The notes beneath the pieces are model-generated. The model was given only the letters and a program-made list of their open reading frames with translations. It had not been told where the DNA came from and searched no databases. From IMG/VR virus record IMGVR_UViG_3300022602_001935, positions 1-56,956 of that record: a stretch of DNA of 56,956 nt; one strand, given 5' to 3'. The translations under genes were made by a program, and so were the position numbers. Positions 30,811 through 39,991 of the stretch are shown here, one piece after another. How positions within the stretch are numbered: the stretch's first letter is position 1; the number at the start of each line of letters is the position of its first letter. Origin of the DNA: a virus (Duplodnaviria; Caudoviricetes).

Positions 30811-31537
30811 AGGCCTTAGAGCCAAAGACCTAAAAGGGTTCGTTGAAAATACTTTTACTGTTGATCAGTATACCAGTAAGATGGGCGAGGATCGAGATGT
30901 AGTTGTTATTGGATTTAAAGTCAATGACAAAGCCCCTGCTCTTGACCTAATGGAGTTTATTGAAAAAGGTTATAAATTTGTTCTTGATGCTGACATGAGT
31001 TCAGGTGAAGAACGTGACGGACACTATCAGGTGTTTGTTGAAATGGAACGTACTCGACATGTTCCTATCTATCTCAAAGATTTATTAAACGGTATCAGTC
31101 AATTAACTGACAACTATGATTGGCGTTTCCGTTATCACAAAGAAATGAAGAGTCATGAATTTACAGAACAGACAATTGTAGAGCATGTACCTTTAGATCA
31201 AACAAGTTACAAAATGAAAATGATGGAATCTAGAACTGAAGCAGTTCGTAGATTCTTTAATCAAACTGCATTTGACAGTATTCAATTAGACGAAGATAAT
31301 ACTATTACAATCAGTAAACCTTATTCAGGTTCAGTTACACTACAACTATTAGCATTTGGAAATTATTCAGAAGTTAAAGACAGTATTCAAGGTGGACTTC
31401 AATTAGACGAAACAAGTCAAAGTCAGGTTACATTCCTTGAAAAGTATTTGGGCAATTACGAACTACATAAAATTGCAGATAAATTTTTAATTAGGAACGG
31501 TAACAAAGCAATGATCTTTGCGAAGGAACGTTGGTAA
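30788..31537 (+). CDS. hypothetical phage protein
   Basis: ATG 30788 after AGGAG; long ORF with phage-like codon usage. Confidence 0.75.
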   Translation: MYRRRLLEGLRAKDLKGFVENTFTVDQYTSKMGEDRDVVVIGFKVNDKAPALDLMEFIEKGYKFVLDADMSSGEERDGHYQVFVEMERTRHVPIYLKDLLNGISQLTDNYDWRFRYHKEMKSHEFTEQTIVEHVPLDQTSYKMKMMESRTEAVRRFFNQTAFDSIQLDEDNTITISKPYSGSVTLQLLAFGNYSEVKDSIQGGLQLDETSQSQVTFLEKYLGNYELHKIADKFLIRNGNKAMIFAKERW

Positions 31538-32004
31538 TGTGGTTCTTGAGTTTTATCCCAGATAGCATTTTATTAATGGCTATCTATTCAGTTATAGCCG
31601 CCGGAGCAGGACTATATCTGTTAGGAATGTTTTTAAAATTCTTTCCATCACTAAGTCTTTATAGAGAACCAATTAGAATTTTAGCAACCCTACTAATAAT
31701 TGCCGGAGTTTATTTTTACGGTAGTTACGATACAGAAATGAAATGGCGTGCCAGAGTTGCTGAAGTACAGGCCAAAGTAGAAGAATACAAAAAAGAAAGT
31801 GACGATGCTAATACAAAATTAGCCGCCAAAAGTAAAGAAAAACAAAAAGTGCGTGTCGAATATTACGCACAAGTTAAAGAACGTATTGTAGAAAAAGCAG
31901 TACAGATAGATGCCAAGTGCGAATTAGATCCCGAAGTTGCTAAACTACACAATCAAGCGGCAGGCAATCCAGCAGGTAAAGTAACTGTAGGAGAAGTCAA
32001 ATGA
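31537..32004 (+). CDS. Rz-like inner-membrane spanin
   Basis: N-terminal TM helices, then coiled coil ending in a Cys-containing segment; precedes a lipoprotein and the endolysin. Confidence 0.65.
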   Translation: MWFLSFIPDSILLMAIYSVIAAGAGLYLLGMFLKFFPSLSLYREPIRILATLLIIAGVYFYGSYDTEMKWRARVAEVQAKVEEYKKESDDANTKLAAKSKEKQKVRVEYYAQVKERIVEKAVQIDAKCELDPEVAKLHNQAAGNPAGKVTVGEVK

Positions 32005-32270
32005 TAAGATATTCAATCATTGCCGCAGTATTGTTGCTAACTGCGTGTGCAACTCCTGTTCCAGTTATTCCGCCCTGGCCTAATACTCCAGATGATCTAA
32101 AAATTACTTGCCCTGATTTGAAAACAGTAGATGAAACTACTACAAAATTAAGTGATATAGTTGGCACAGTCACAGCCAATTATCAACAATACTATGACTG
32201 TAAGGGTAAAGTAGACGACTGGATTGAATGGTACAACACACAAAAATCTTTACAAAGTAAAATAAAATGA
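32001..32270 (+). CDS. Rz1-like outer-membrane spanin lipoprotein
   Basis: Lipobox LLLTAC; Pro-rich PVPVIPPWPNTP; two further Cys. Confidence 0.7.
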   Translation: MIRYSIIAAVLLLTACATPVPVIPPWPNTPDDLKITCPDLKTVDETTTKLSDIVGTVTANYQQYYDCKGKVDDWIEWYNTQKSLQSKIK

Positions 32271-32674
32271 AAAAACTACTATTAGTATTGGTATTGTCCT
32301 TAGCAGGTTGTTCAACTGTAGAAACACTTAAAGAAACGTTCTTTATGAAGTACGATCCTAATGAGTACGCACAGATTACATCGATTAGAACCAATGCTCA
32401 ACTGGCAACAACATCTTGTGATAAGCCAGATGATGCCAAAGTTAATGCACAAGGGCTGTCAAAGCAAACTGCTCTGTTTAAAAATCAAACAGAATTCTTA
32501 CCATACAACACAAAAGTTATTGCTTCTGCGGGAGAACTGGACGCAATGGCACAAGGTTTATTAACACAGTATCAAAAAGGACCAGTAAGTCCTGTATTTT
32601 GTAAAATTAAGTTTGATTCAATAGCCAAGTCGGCTGAGATAATTCAGAAAACCGTAGGAGCAAAACCAAGATGA
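32267..32674 (+). CDS. lipoprotein
   Basis: MKKLLLVLVLSLAGC lipobox. Confidence 0.75.
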   Translation: MKKLLLVLVLSLAGCSTVETLKETFFMKYDPNEYAQITSIRTNAQLATTSCDKPDDAKVNAQGLSKQTALFKNQTEFLPYNTKVIASAGELDAMAQGLLTQYQKGPVSPVFCKIKFDSIAKSAEIIQKTVGAKPR

Positions 32675-32934
32675 GCCAAGAACAAATACAATACAATCAA
32701 AGCCTGTTGGCCAGTATCAGCAGTCAAAACCCAGATGTAATGTCTGCGGCCGCAACTGTTAATCAATATACAGAAATGTGTAAAGCAGGACAGATTACAC
32801 CAGCGGAATATGCTGAACTAATCAAAGACATACAACGTCAAATCAACATACAGGCAAACATGGCAGAACTTGAAGCCATGGAAAAATTAAATACAGCCAT
32901 CAACGGTTTGATTACTGTTGCTGGAATGGCATAA
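32671..32934 (+). CDS. hypothetical protein
   Basis: AGGAG SD; coupled ORF in lysis cassette. Confidence 0.7.
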   Translation: MSQEQIQYNQSLLASISSQNPDVMSAAATVNQYTEMCKAGQITPAEYAELIKDIQRQINIQANMAELEAMEKLNTAINGLITVAGMA

Positions 32935-32944
32935 AGGAGACACC

Positions 32945-33568
32945 ATGGCAGATTTTATTTTATCAAGAGATCAATTAGCACAGATTATACCAAAAAATCC
33001 TTATATCGATCATTGGTATAATGCACTATCGCAAGCATTGCCTGATTATGATATCAACACAACACCACGTGTTGCGGCTTTCTTAGCACAATGCGGGCAC
33101 GAATCAGGCGACTTTATATTCTTACAAGAGAATTTAAACTATAAAGCAGAAAGTCTGATGCGTGTATGGCCTAAATACTTTCCTGATATAGAGGTTGCTA
33201 ATCAGTATGCTCATAACCCCGAAAAGATTGCTAACAGAGCCTATGCAGGGCGTATGGGTAACGGTCCAGAAGAGTCAGGTGATGGTTGGGCACACTGCGG
33301 TCGTGGCTTAATTCAACTAACTGGTCGTGCTAACTATCAAGCGTTTGCTGACAGCATAGAAACTCCAATTCAAGATATCCCACACTACTTGGCTACATTT
33401 GAAGGAGCAGTTCAATCAGCATGTTGGTTCTGGGAATCAAACAATCTAAATGCTGTAGCCGATGCTGGTGATATGGTTAAAATGACTAAAATCATCAATG
33501 GCGGAACATTAGGATTAGACGATCGTGTAGCCCGCTTTAACAAAATTACAAACATTTTGAGAGCCTAA
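32945..33568 (+). CDS. glycoside hydrolase family 19 endolysin
   Basis: AAFLAQCGHES, ENLNY, GRGLIQLTGRANY, SACWFW, TKIINGG. Confidence 0.9.
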   Translation: MADFILSRDQLAQIIPKNPYIDHWYNALSQALPDYDINTTPRVAAFLAQCGHESGDFIFLQENLNYKAESLMRVWPKYFPDIEVANQYAHNPEKIANRAYAGRMGNGPEESGDGWAHCGRGLIQLTGRANYQAFADSIETPIQDIPHYLATFEGAVQSACWFWESNNLNAVADAGDMVKMTKIINGGTLGLDDRVARFNKITNILRA

Positions 33569-33594
33569 ATAAAGTACCAACTTTAGTTTATTAT

Positions 33595-33636
33595 AAACCG
33601 CTTTAAATATTAAGTTGTAATATTATGGAGCGGTTT
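33595..33636 (+). promoter_or_regulatory. RBS-sequestering hairpin containing a late promoter
   Basis: AAACCGCT/AGCGGTTT plus AATATTA/TAATATT stems; TAAATA at 33604-33609; GGAG (33627-33630) in the 3' arm. Confidence 0.6.
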
Positions 33637-33640
33637 TCTG

Positions 33641-34414
33641 ATGGATCCACTAACCCTCTTTGCGTTAGCAAATGGCGCTGTTCAAGCAGTTAAAAAAGGG
33701 TGTCAACTTTATAAGGACATCAAAGGCGCTGCCGGTGAAGTAAAATCGGTCCTTAAAGACCTTGACGAACAATTTGCCAACAACCATAAAGACAAACCGG
33801 CTACAGTTGCGCAACGTAATGCTTACATAGAAGAAAAAAATCGTGTAATCGAATTAAACAAAAAACAAGGCGAAACAGCCGGTATCTATCAAGAGTTGGC
33901 CAACTACCTTGGTGACTTCTTTGACAACATGAACAAGTGTATGGCGGTCATCGAAGAAGAAGAACGTAAAAATCGTGAAGAAATCTACGAAGGTGAAGAC
34001 AGTTTAGGTCGCCGTGCTCTACAACTTGTTATAATGAAAAAACAGTTAGAGCAAATGGCTATAGAACTCCGTGAAATGATGATTTACGATTCGCCTCCAG
34101 AACTTGGTGCTCTATGGACAGATGTTAGCGAAATGATGAAAACAATGGGAGAACAACAAAAAGTTCTGCTATTAAAAAAAATGCGAGCAGATGAGGTAGT
34201 TGCTAAAAGACGTGCGGCTATTCGTAAGAAACTTAGAGATGAAGCAATATGGGGTGTAATCTTACTATTTGGAATATTTGTCTTATCAAGTATGTTTTTA
34301 TGGGTGGCATACGATCGACAACAAAAATATCCACAGTATGGTAATGGATTATTTCCCAAAACTGAAAAACAACGTAGAGCGGAAGCCGAACCGCAAATTT
34401 ACATCGGCAGATAA
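33641..34414 (+). CDS. hypothetical coiled-coil protein with C-terminal TM helix
   Basis: 257 aa; TM AIWGVILLFGIFVLSSMFLWV. Confidence 0.75.
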   Translation: MDPLTLFALANGAVQAVKKGCQLYKDIKGAAGEVKSVLKDLDEQFANNHKDKPATVAQRNAYIEEKNRVIELNKKQGETAGIYQELANYLGDFFDNMNKCMAVIEEEERKNREEIYEGEDSLGRRALQLVIMKKQLEQMAIELREMMIYDSPPELGALWTDVSEMMKTMGEQQKVLLLKKMRADEVVAKRRAAIRKKLRDEAIWGVILLFGIFVLSSMFLWVAYDRQQKYPQYGNGLFPKTEKQRRAEAEPQIYIGR

Positions 34415-34445
34415 ATAAAACTATACATAACACTGGAGCGAGTAA

Positions 34446-34742
34446 ATGTCACCACACAACGACATAAGATTAGTAAAATATCTATTTCTACTTATGCTAT
34501 TTCCTTTGGCTTTAGCAATGTGTAGTGGGGATAGATTCCGTTACCCTTGCCAAGATCCAAGTAATTGGGACAAGGATATGTGTAAATTTCCTGTATGTGA
34601 TGTGACAAGAACTTGTCCAGAGCACATATTTAAAGGTCAAAGAGACCCAAGATTAGGACCACCAAAAGATGACCCAACTAAAACAGATATTAAGCCGTTG
34701 GCTTCCGTCGTACCGTCACAAGGAGCAAACTGTGGAAAATAA
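34446..34742 (+). CDS. small exported Cys-containing protein
   Basis: Hydrophobic N-terminus ending LALAMC; RFRYPCQDP...CKFPVC...TCP. Confidence 0.7.
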   Translation: MSPHNDIRLVKYLFLLMLFPLALAMCSGDRFRYPCQDPSNWDKDMCKFPVCDVTRTCPEHIFKGQRDPRLGPPKDDPTKTDIKPLASVVPSQGANCGK

Positions 34743-35394
34743 TAACAATCAACCACACCAACATATTTTTTACACAGAAGAGCAGTTAATGGCTCGTCTG
34801 AAATTCTTTATCGGTATCTGTTTATCATTGACATTGTTTGGTATTGTTTTTGTTGTGCTGTATTCATTAATTTTTGTAACACAACCATTGAATGCCATTA
34901 GCCCAATTGATCAAAAGTTTTTTGAACTTATTGTTCCTATTGCTACATTCTTAACAGGTACACTATCCGGTATCATGTTAGCAGGTAATGATAAGGACTC
35001 TCAGGCGGCAGCATTGAAGGCCGCAAACTCAGGGTGGGATCGTCCACCAACACCAATAAGTCCATCACCTGGAGGATTAAGTAATGGCGGATTCAGTTCA
35101 ACGACATCAGCAACAGGATTTGGCGGCGGGGCATCAGCATTTGGCGCACCTGCGGCAGGAGGATTCGGAGCACAAGCCAGTGGTTTTGGCTCAACACAAC
35201 CCGCAGGAGGCTTTGGCTCAAGTCCAAGCACTGGAGCGGCAGCGTTTGGGGGTAGCGGAGGCGGCTTTGGAAGCACACCTGCACCAGTTAGCACACCAGC
35301 GTTTACAGCACCAACAGAAACATTAACAGTAGAAGTAGTAACTGGATACGGTGGAAAGCCAGCACCAGTTCAACCACAACAACCAGCAATATAA
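34732..35394 (+). CDS. two-TM membrane protein with FG-repeat low-complexity tail (holin-like position)
   Basis: GTG 34732 after AGGAG; two TM helices; tail with repeated GFG/AFG. Confidence 0.7.
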   Translation: MENNNNQPHQHIFYTEEQLMARLKFFIGICLSLTLFGIVFVVLYSLIFVTQPLNAISPIDQKFFELIVPIATFLTGTLSGIMLAGNDKDSQAAALKAANSGWDRPPTPISPSPGGLSNGGFSSTTSATGFGGGASAFGAPAAGGFGAQASGFGSTQPAGGFGSSPSTGAAAFGGSGGGFGSTPAPVSTPAFTAPTETLTVEVVTGYGGKPAPVQPQQPAI

Positions 35395-35403
35395 GGACAT
35401 AAC

Positions 35404-35607
35404 ATGAAAAAAATATTATTAGCATTATCACTTTTAGCATTTTTAGGCACAGCATTTGCCGAAGCAGAAGTTAAAGAAGTTTGCCACGATAAAGTAGACA
35501 AAGCGGGTAAACCTGTAAATGACAAAGAGGGTAAACCAGTTCAAGAATGTAAAAAAATCAAAGTACATAAGAAACTTGAAGGTACAGACGTTCCAGTTAA
35601 AAAATAA
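35404..35607 (+). CDS. small secreted basic protein
   Basis: Signal peptide ending AFA; two Cys; Lys-rich. Confidence 0.7.
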   Translation: MKKILLALSLLAFLGTAFAEAEVKEVCHDKVDKAGKPVNDKEGKPVQECKKIKVHKKLEGTDVPVKK

Positions 35608-35613
35608 TCGGAC

Positions 35614-35657
35614 TTGACTTAGCCACAAAGGTATAGTATAATTTTACTATACCTTTT
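35614..35657 (+). promoter_or_regulatory. sigma70 promoter overlapping a terminator-like hairpin
   Basis: TTGACT (35614-35619), 17 nt, TATAAT (35637-35642); stem AAAGGTATAGTA (35627-35638) / TACTATACCTTT (35645-35656) followed by T-rich sequence. Confidence 0.7.
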
Positions 35658-35666
35658 CTTATTAAC

Positions 35667-36497
35667 ATGTCAGATCACTATCAAACGTTAGGTGTTGGCA
35701 AAAATGCCAGTCCAGATGAAATTAAACGAGCATATCGCAAGTTAGCGAGCCAGCATCACCCCGACAAAGGTGGCGATACTCAAAAGTTTCAAGAAATTCA
35801 AGCCGCCTACGAAACACTTAGTGATCCTGCTAAACGATCCGAATACGATAATCCACAACCTCAGTTTGGCGGAGTGAACTTCGGGGGCGGCGGTATGCCT
35901 CCAGGCTTTGAAGATATATTTGGACAGATGTTTGGTAATAGTAATCCATTCTTTGGACAAGGATTTAGACAGCCGCAACATAGAAACAGTAATGTTCAGA
36001 TGCAGATGAATATTACATTAGAAGAAGCGTATCACGGTAAAGAAATAATCACAGATATACAATTACCCAGCGGACTTAAAACTGTAGAAATTAAAGTTCC
36101 TGCAGGCATTAGCACAGGACAAACACTTAGAGTTAGTGGTGCTGGAGAAAATATACATAGAGGAATGCCTCCCGGAGATCTACTAATTCAAATTAGCATA
36201 ATGAACCATCATAGATATTCTCGACAGGGCGACGATTTATACTCAGACATTCATTTAAGTGTTTGGGAAGCAATGGTCGGTACTGAACGAGATTTTATTT
36301 GTATCGATGGAACACAATTAAAAGTTGCAATACCACCAGGCATACAATTCGGTCAGGCAATTAGACTTGTAGGACGAGGCATGCCGCTATTACATCAAAC
36401 ACATTTTAAAGGGAATCAATTTCTTAAAGTGAATATAGAAATTCCAAGAAGTCTTACAGATCAACAAAAAGATCTTGTTCGCCAATTTATAAATTAA
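35667..36497 (+). CDS. dnaJ: DnaJ/CbpA-type co-chaperone (no Zn finger)
   Basis: J domain with HPDK, G/F-rich linker, C-terminal GDL and G-x-G-M-P motifs. Confidence 0.92.
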   Translation: MSDHYQTLGVGKNASPDEIKRAYRKLASQHHPDKGGDTQKFQEIQAAYETLSDPAKRSEYDNPQPQFGGVNFGGGGMPPGFEDIFGQMFGNSNPFFGQGFRQPQHRNSNVQMQMNITLEEAYHGKEIITDIQLPSGLKTVEIKVPAGISTGQTLRVSGAGENIHRGMPPGDLLIQISIMNHHRYSRQGDDLYSDIHLSVWEAMVGTERDFICIDGTQLKVAIPPGIQFGQAIRLVGRGMPLLHQTHFKGNQFLKVNIEIPRSLTDQQKDLVRQFIN

Positions 36498-36508
36498 ATA
36501 TTACAACC

Positions 36509-37012
36509 ATGCTAAAACTTGTAACATTTCCCAATACTATTCTTGCAGAACGCATGCCGGATTTTGATTTTGAAAATCCTGTGATGGATCCAAAAGAATT
36601 AGAAAAACAAATGATCGAATTTATGTTTGCCAATAATGGATTAGGTCTTGCCGCTAATCAAATCGGCATTCGTGCCCGTGTGTTTACCATGGGGCACAGT
36701 CAAGACCCAGACTCGGCACAGGCATTCTTTAACCCAATCATTGAAAACATTTCAGAAGAACTGTATGATGTGGAAGAAGGATGTTTGAGTTTCCCCGGAA
36801 TTTTTGTTAAAATAAAACGTCCCAGAAAGATTCAAGTCACTTATCAAACTTCATCAGGAGAAACTAAAACTGAAATATTAGAAGACTACAATGCCAAATG
36901 CTTCTTACACGAGTATGATCATTTAGAAGGCATTACATATAAAGACAGAACCAGCGCACTTAAATGGGCAATGGCAATTAAAAAATCAAAACCAAAGAGG
37001 AAGTTTAAGTAA
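36509..37012 (+). CDS. def: peptide deformylase
   Basis: GLGLAANQIG, EGCLS, HEYDHLEG. Confidence 0.95.
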   Translation: MLKLVTFPNTILAERMPDFDFENPVMDPKELEKQMIEFMFANNGLGLAANQIGIRARVFTMGHSQDPDSAQAFFNPIIENISEELYDVEEGCLSFPGIFVKIKRPRKIQVTYQTSSGETKTEILEDYNAKCFLHEYDHLEGITYKDRTSALKWAMAIKKSKPKRKFK

Positions 37013-39286
37013 ATGTTAGAACCAAATAGCGATCTCGAAGCCATGTTTGAACGTGCGGTTAGTGTAGCAACTAAACAACAGCACGAGTATATTACATTAG
37101 AGCATTTTTTATACAGCATGGTATTGGACCAAAAGTTTAGCGAATTGCTAAAAAACTTTGGTGCTGAAGTAGATCAATTAAAAAAGAACCTTGAAAAGTT
37201 CATTGAAGTTGATTTGGTTGATATCAAGACTAACAATCCTAATCAAAAGCCTAAGAAAACAAACACAGTCGAGCGTATGTTGAATCGTGCGTTTACACAA
37301 GTATTGTTCAGCGGTCGTTCTACAATTGAGCCAATTGACTGCTTTATCAGTTTGTTCTCAGAAAAGAAAAGTTTTGCTAACTTCTTCATGCGCAAGGCCA
37401 AGATTGACAAAGACAAGTTTATTGAATATGTAAACAATGAAGTAGTTCAAGAAGGACAAGAAGTCGGTGATGCCAGCAACAATCAACTTGAGCGTATGTT
37501 GGTTCAGTACTGCGCTAACTTGAATAACAAAGTAAAACAGAAAAAAGTAGATCCTGTTATTGGACGTGAAAAAGAAATTGAGGATATGCAACTGATCCTT
37601 GCTCGTCGTCAAAAGGCTAATGTAATGCTGATCGGTGATCCTGGCGTCGGGAAGACTGCCATAGCCGAAGGTTTAGCCAAGAAGATTGTAGAAGGTAATG
37701 TTCCTAAGTTTATTCAAGATCATACTGTCTATAGTTTAGATATCAGTGCTATGTTAGCAGGCTCTAAGTACCGCGGTGACTTTGAAGAGCGTCTAAAGAT
37801 GGTATTGGCCGCACTTGAGAAAAAAGGCAAGTGTATTCTATTCATCGATGAAGCACACATGATGAGCGGTGCTGGTGCTGTCAGCGGCGGTAGTAATGAC
37901 ATGGCTAATATGTTGAAGCCAGCATTGGGCAAAGGTGTACTAAAAGTTATTGCTTCAACTACATGGGAAGAATTCCGTAAACACTTTGAAAAGGATCGTG
38001 CTCTAATGCGCCGTTTCCAACGTGTCACAGTAGATGAGCCTTCAGAAGCATTGGCTATCAAGATTATCAAAGGTCTTAAAAAGTATTACGAAAAACATCA
38101 CGGTGTTAAGATTACTAATCAAGCAGTTATTGATTCAGTTAAGTATTCTATCAAATATTTGGCAGATAAGAAGTTGCCAGATAAGGCAATTGACTTAATT
38201 GACTGTGCCTGTGCTCGTTTTAAGATCAAAGATGTAGAAGGTGGTATTGTTGATCACGAAGAAATTGTATTCGAAGTAAGCAAGGCTGCTGGATTGCCAG
38301 TAGAGCGTATTGCGGCAAAAGAAGACAAGAATCTCAAAGACCTTGACAAGAACATGCGTGGTAAAGTATTTGGACAAGAGTCAGCAATTGAAATTTTGTT
38401 AGACAAGATCTATATTGCTCAAGCAGGACTAAAATCTCTTAATCGTCCTGTAGGTAATTTCTTGTTTGTTGGGCCAACTGGTGTCGGCAAGACTGAAACT
38501 GCTAAAGTATTGGCATCGAGTCTCGGAGTACAACTTGTACGTTTTGACATGAGTGAGTTCCAAGAACAACATTCTGTGGCTAAATTCATCGGTGCTCCTC
38601 CCGGATATGTTGGCTTTGAAGACAATGCAGGGCAACTTATTACCAAACTACAAGAGCATCCAAATGCTGTAATACTGTTTGACGAGATTGAAAAGGCACA
38701 TCCAAGCGTAGCAAATGTCCTGTTAGGTCTAATGGATAACGGATTCGTAACAGGATCGAATGGTAAAGTAGCAGATGGACGCAACGCAATCATCATCATG
38801 ACTTCAAATCTCGGAGCCGCTGATGCTGAAAAGAACGCTGTTGGCTTTGGTAGTTTAGAACGTGGCGATGAAAGCAACGATGCTATCAACAGTTTCTTCA
38901 AACCAGAATTCCGCAATCGTTTAGATGGCATTATCAAGTTTGGCAAGTTAGATCATAACACAATGGCCAAAATTGTCAAGAAGTTTATTGACGAATTGAA
39001 TGGTTTGTTGAAAGACAAACATGTTGCTATCAAACTTACAGCAGATGCCGCAGAACTATTGATTAAGAAAGGATTCAATCGTAAAATGGGTGCTCGCCCG
39101 TTAGCACGTACAATTGATGAAATGATTAAGAAACCTTTGAGTAAGGAAATTTTATTTGGTAATCTTACCAACGGTGGAATTGTAGAAGTAGGTTGCGATA
39201 AAGACAAAATTGTGTTAAACTATGTAGAAGTTCTACCTGTTGTAGAAACTGTACAAGAAAACACAGATGAAGTACCTTCTAACTGA
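37013..39286 (+). CDS. clpA: ClpA-like ATP-dependent Clp ATPase
   Basis: Clp N domain; two AAA+ modules (GDPGVGKT/FIDEAH; GPTGVGKT/FDEIEKAH); VGFG ClpP-docking loop; no ClpB middle domain. Confidence 0.92.
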   Translation: MLEPNSDLEAMFERAVSVATKQQHEYITLEHFLYSMVLDQKFSELLKNFGAEVDQLKKNLEKFIEVDLVDIKTNNPNQKPKKTNTVERMLNRAFTQVLFSGRSTIEPIDCFISLFSEKKSFANFFMRKAKIDKDKFIEYVNNEVVQEGQEVGDASNNQLERMLVQYCANLNNKVKQKKVDPVIGREKEIEDMQLILARRQKANVMLIGDPGVGKTAIAEGLAKKIVEGNVPKFIQDHTVYSLDISAMLAGSKYRGDFEERLKMVLAALEKKGKCILFIDEAHMMSGAGAVSGGSNDMANMLKPALGKGVLKVIASTTWEEFRKHFEKDRALMRRFQRVTVDEPSEALAIKIIKGLKKYYEKHHGVKITNQAVIDSVKYSIKYLADKKLPDKAIDLIDCACARFKIKDVEGGIVDHEEIVFEVSKAAGLPVERIAAKEDKNLKDLDKNMRGKVFGQESAIEILLDKIYIAQAGLKSLNRPVGNFLFVGPTGVGKTETAKVLASSLGVQLVRFDMSEFQEQHSVAKFIGAPPGYVGFEDNAGQLITKLQEHPNAVILFDEIEKAHPSVANVLLGLMDNGFVTGSNGKVADGRNAIIIMTSNLGAADAEKNAVGFGSLERGDESNDAINSFFKPEFRNRLDGIIKFGKLDHNTMAKIVKKFIDELNGLLKDKHVAIKLTADAAELLIKKGFNRKMGARPLARTIDEMIKKPLSKEILFGNLTNGGIVEVGCDKDKIVLNYVEVLPVVETVQENTDEVPSN

Positions 39287-39968
39287 AAAACTATTCTATA
39301 ACAAATACCCTTATAAGGTAGAGTGTAATGTGCCCCATGCCACATGTCTTGGACATGAAAGGTATGGGTTCACTTACACCTTATTGAATAAACGCAGAGC
39401 AGGAGATAAACTCTCAATGGCCACATTCCCCGGCCAGGCTCTACGAGCGGTAAGTAATGTTAGATTTAGGAAGTTTGCTGAAGCAGTTGAACGATACATT
39501 CTTCAACACAACGATCTCAACATCAAAATTCGCACCGAAAACAATATTATCAGTTTTTTCTGCGCAGATGAAACTGTTATTGATGATTTAGTAAAACGTG
39601 TTCCTGAGTTTATTGATGTTGTATATAAACCCAAAGACACAGAAGCCTTAGAATACCTGCTGAAAAACAATAGGAAGGTATTGGTTAAATCATTGCCTTA
39701 CGGAAAGTATCGTTATAAGATCACCCTACGTGAAAGTATGTCTTCAGATGATAGGGATAAGTTTTATACGTGGGTGAATAAATTCACCAGCGATGGGTTG
39801 AAGTATCATATCAGTCCAAGCACTCATAGATTTTTAAGTAATCAGTCTTGGTACGTTCAAAATCCGTTCTTCTACGCAGAAACACAAGGCGATGCTTCAA
39901 TGGCTACTCTGTTTTTAGGCACTAACATCAAAAACATCTATGAATATGTAGCAACTGAAACAGCATAA
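39267..39968 (+). CDS. hypothetical phage protein
   Basis: 233-aa ORF overlapping the clpA end. Confidence 0.75.
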   Translation: MKYLLTEKLFYNKYPYKVECNVPHATCLGHERYGFTYTLLNKRRAGDKLSMATFPGQALRAVSNVRFRKFAEAVERYILQHNDLNIKIRTENNIISFFCADETVIDDLVKRVPEFIDVVYKPKDTEALEYLLKNNRKVLVKSLPYGKYRYKITLRESMSSDDRDKFYTWVNKFTSDGLKYHISPSTHRFLSNQSWYVQNPFFYAETQGDASMATLFLGTNIKNIYEYVATETA

Positions 39969-39991
39969 ATATAGGTTTAAGAACCTATATT

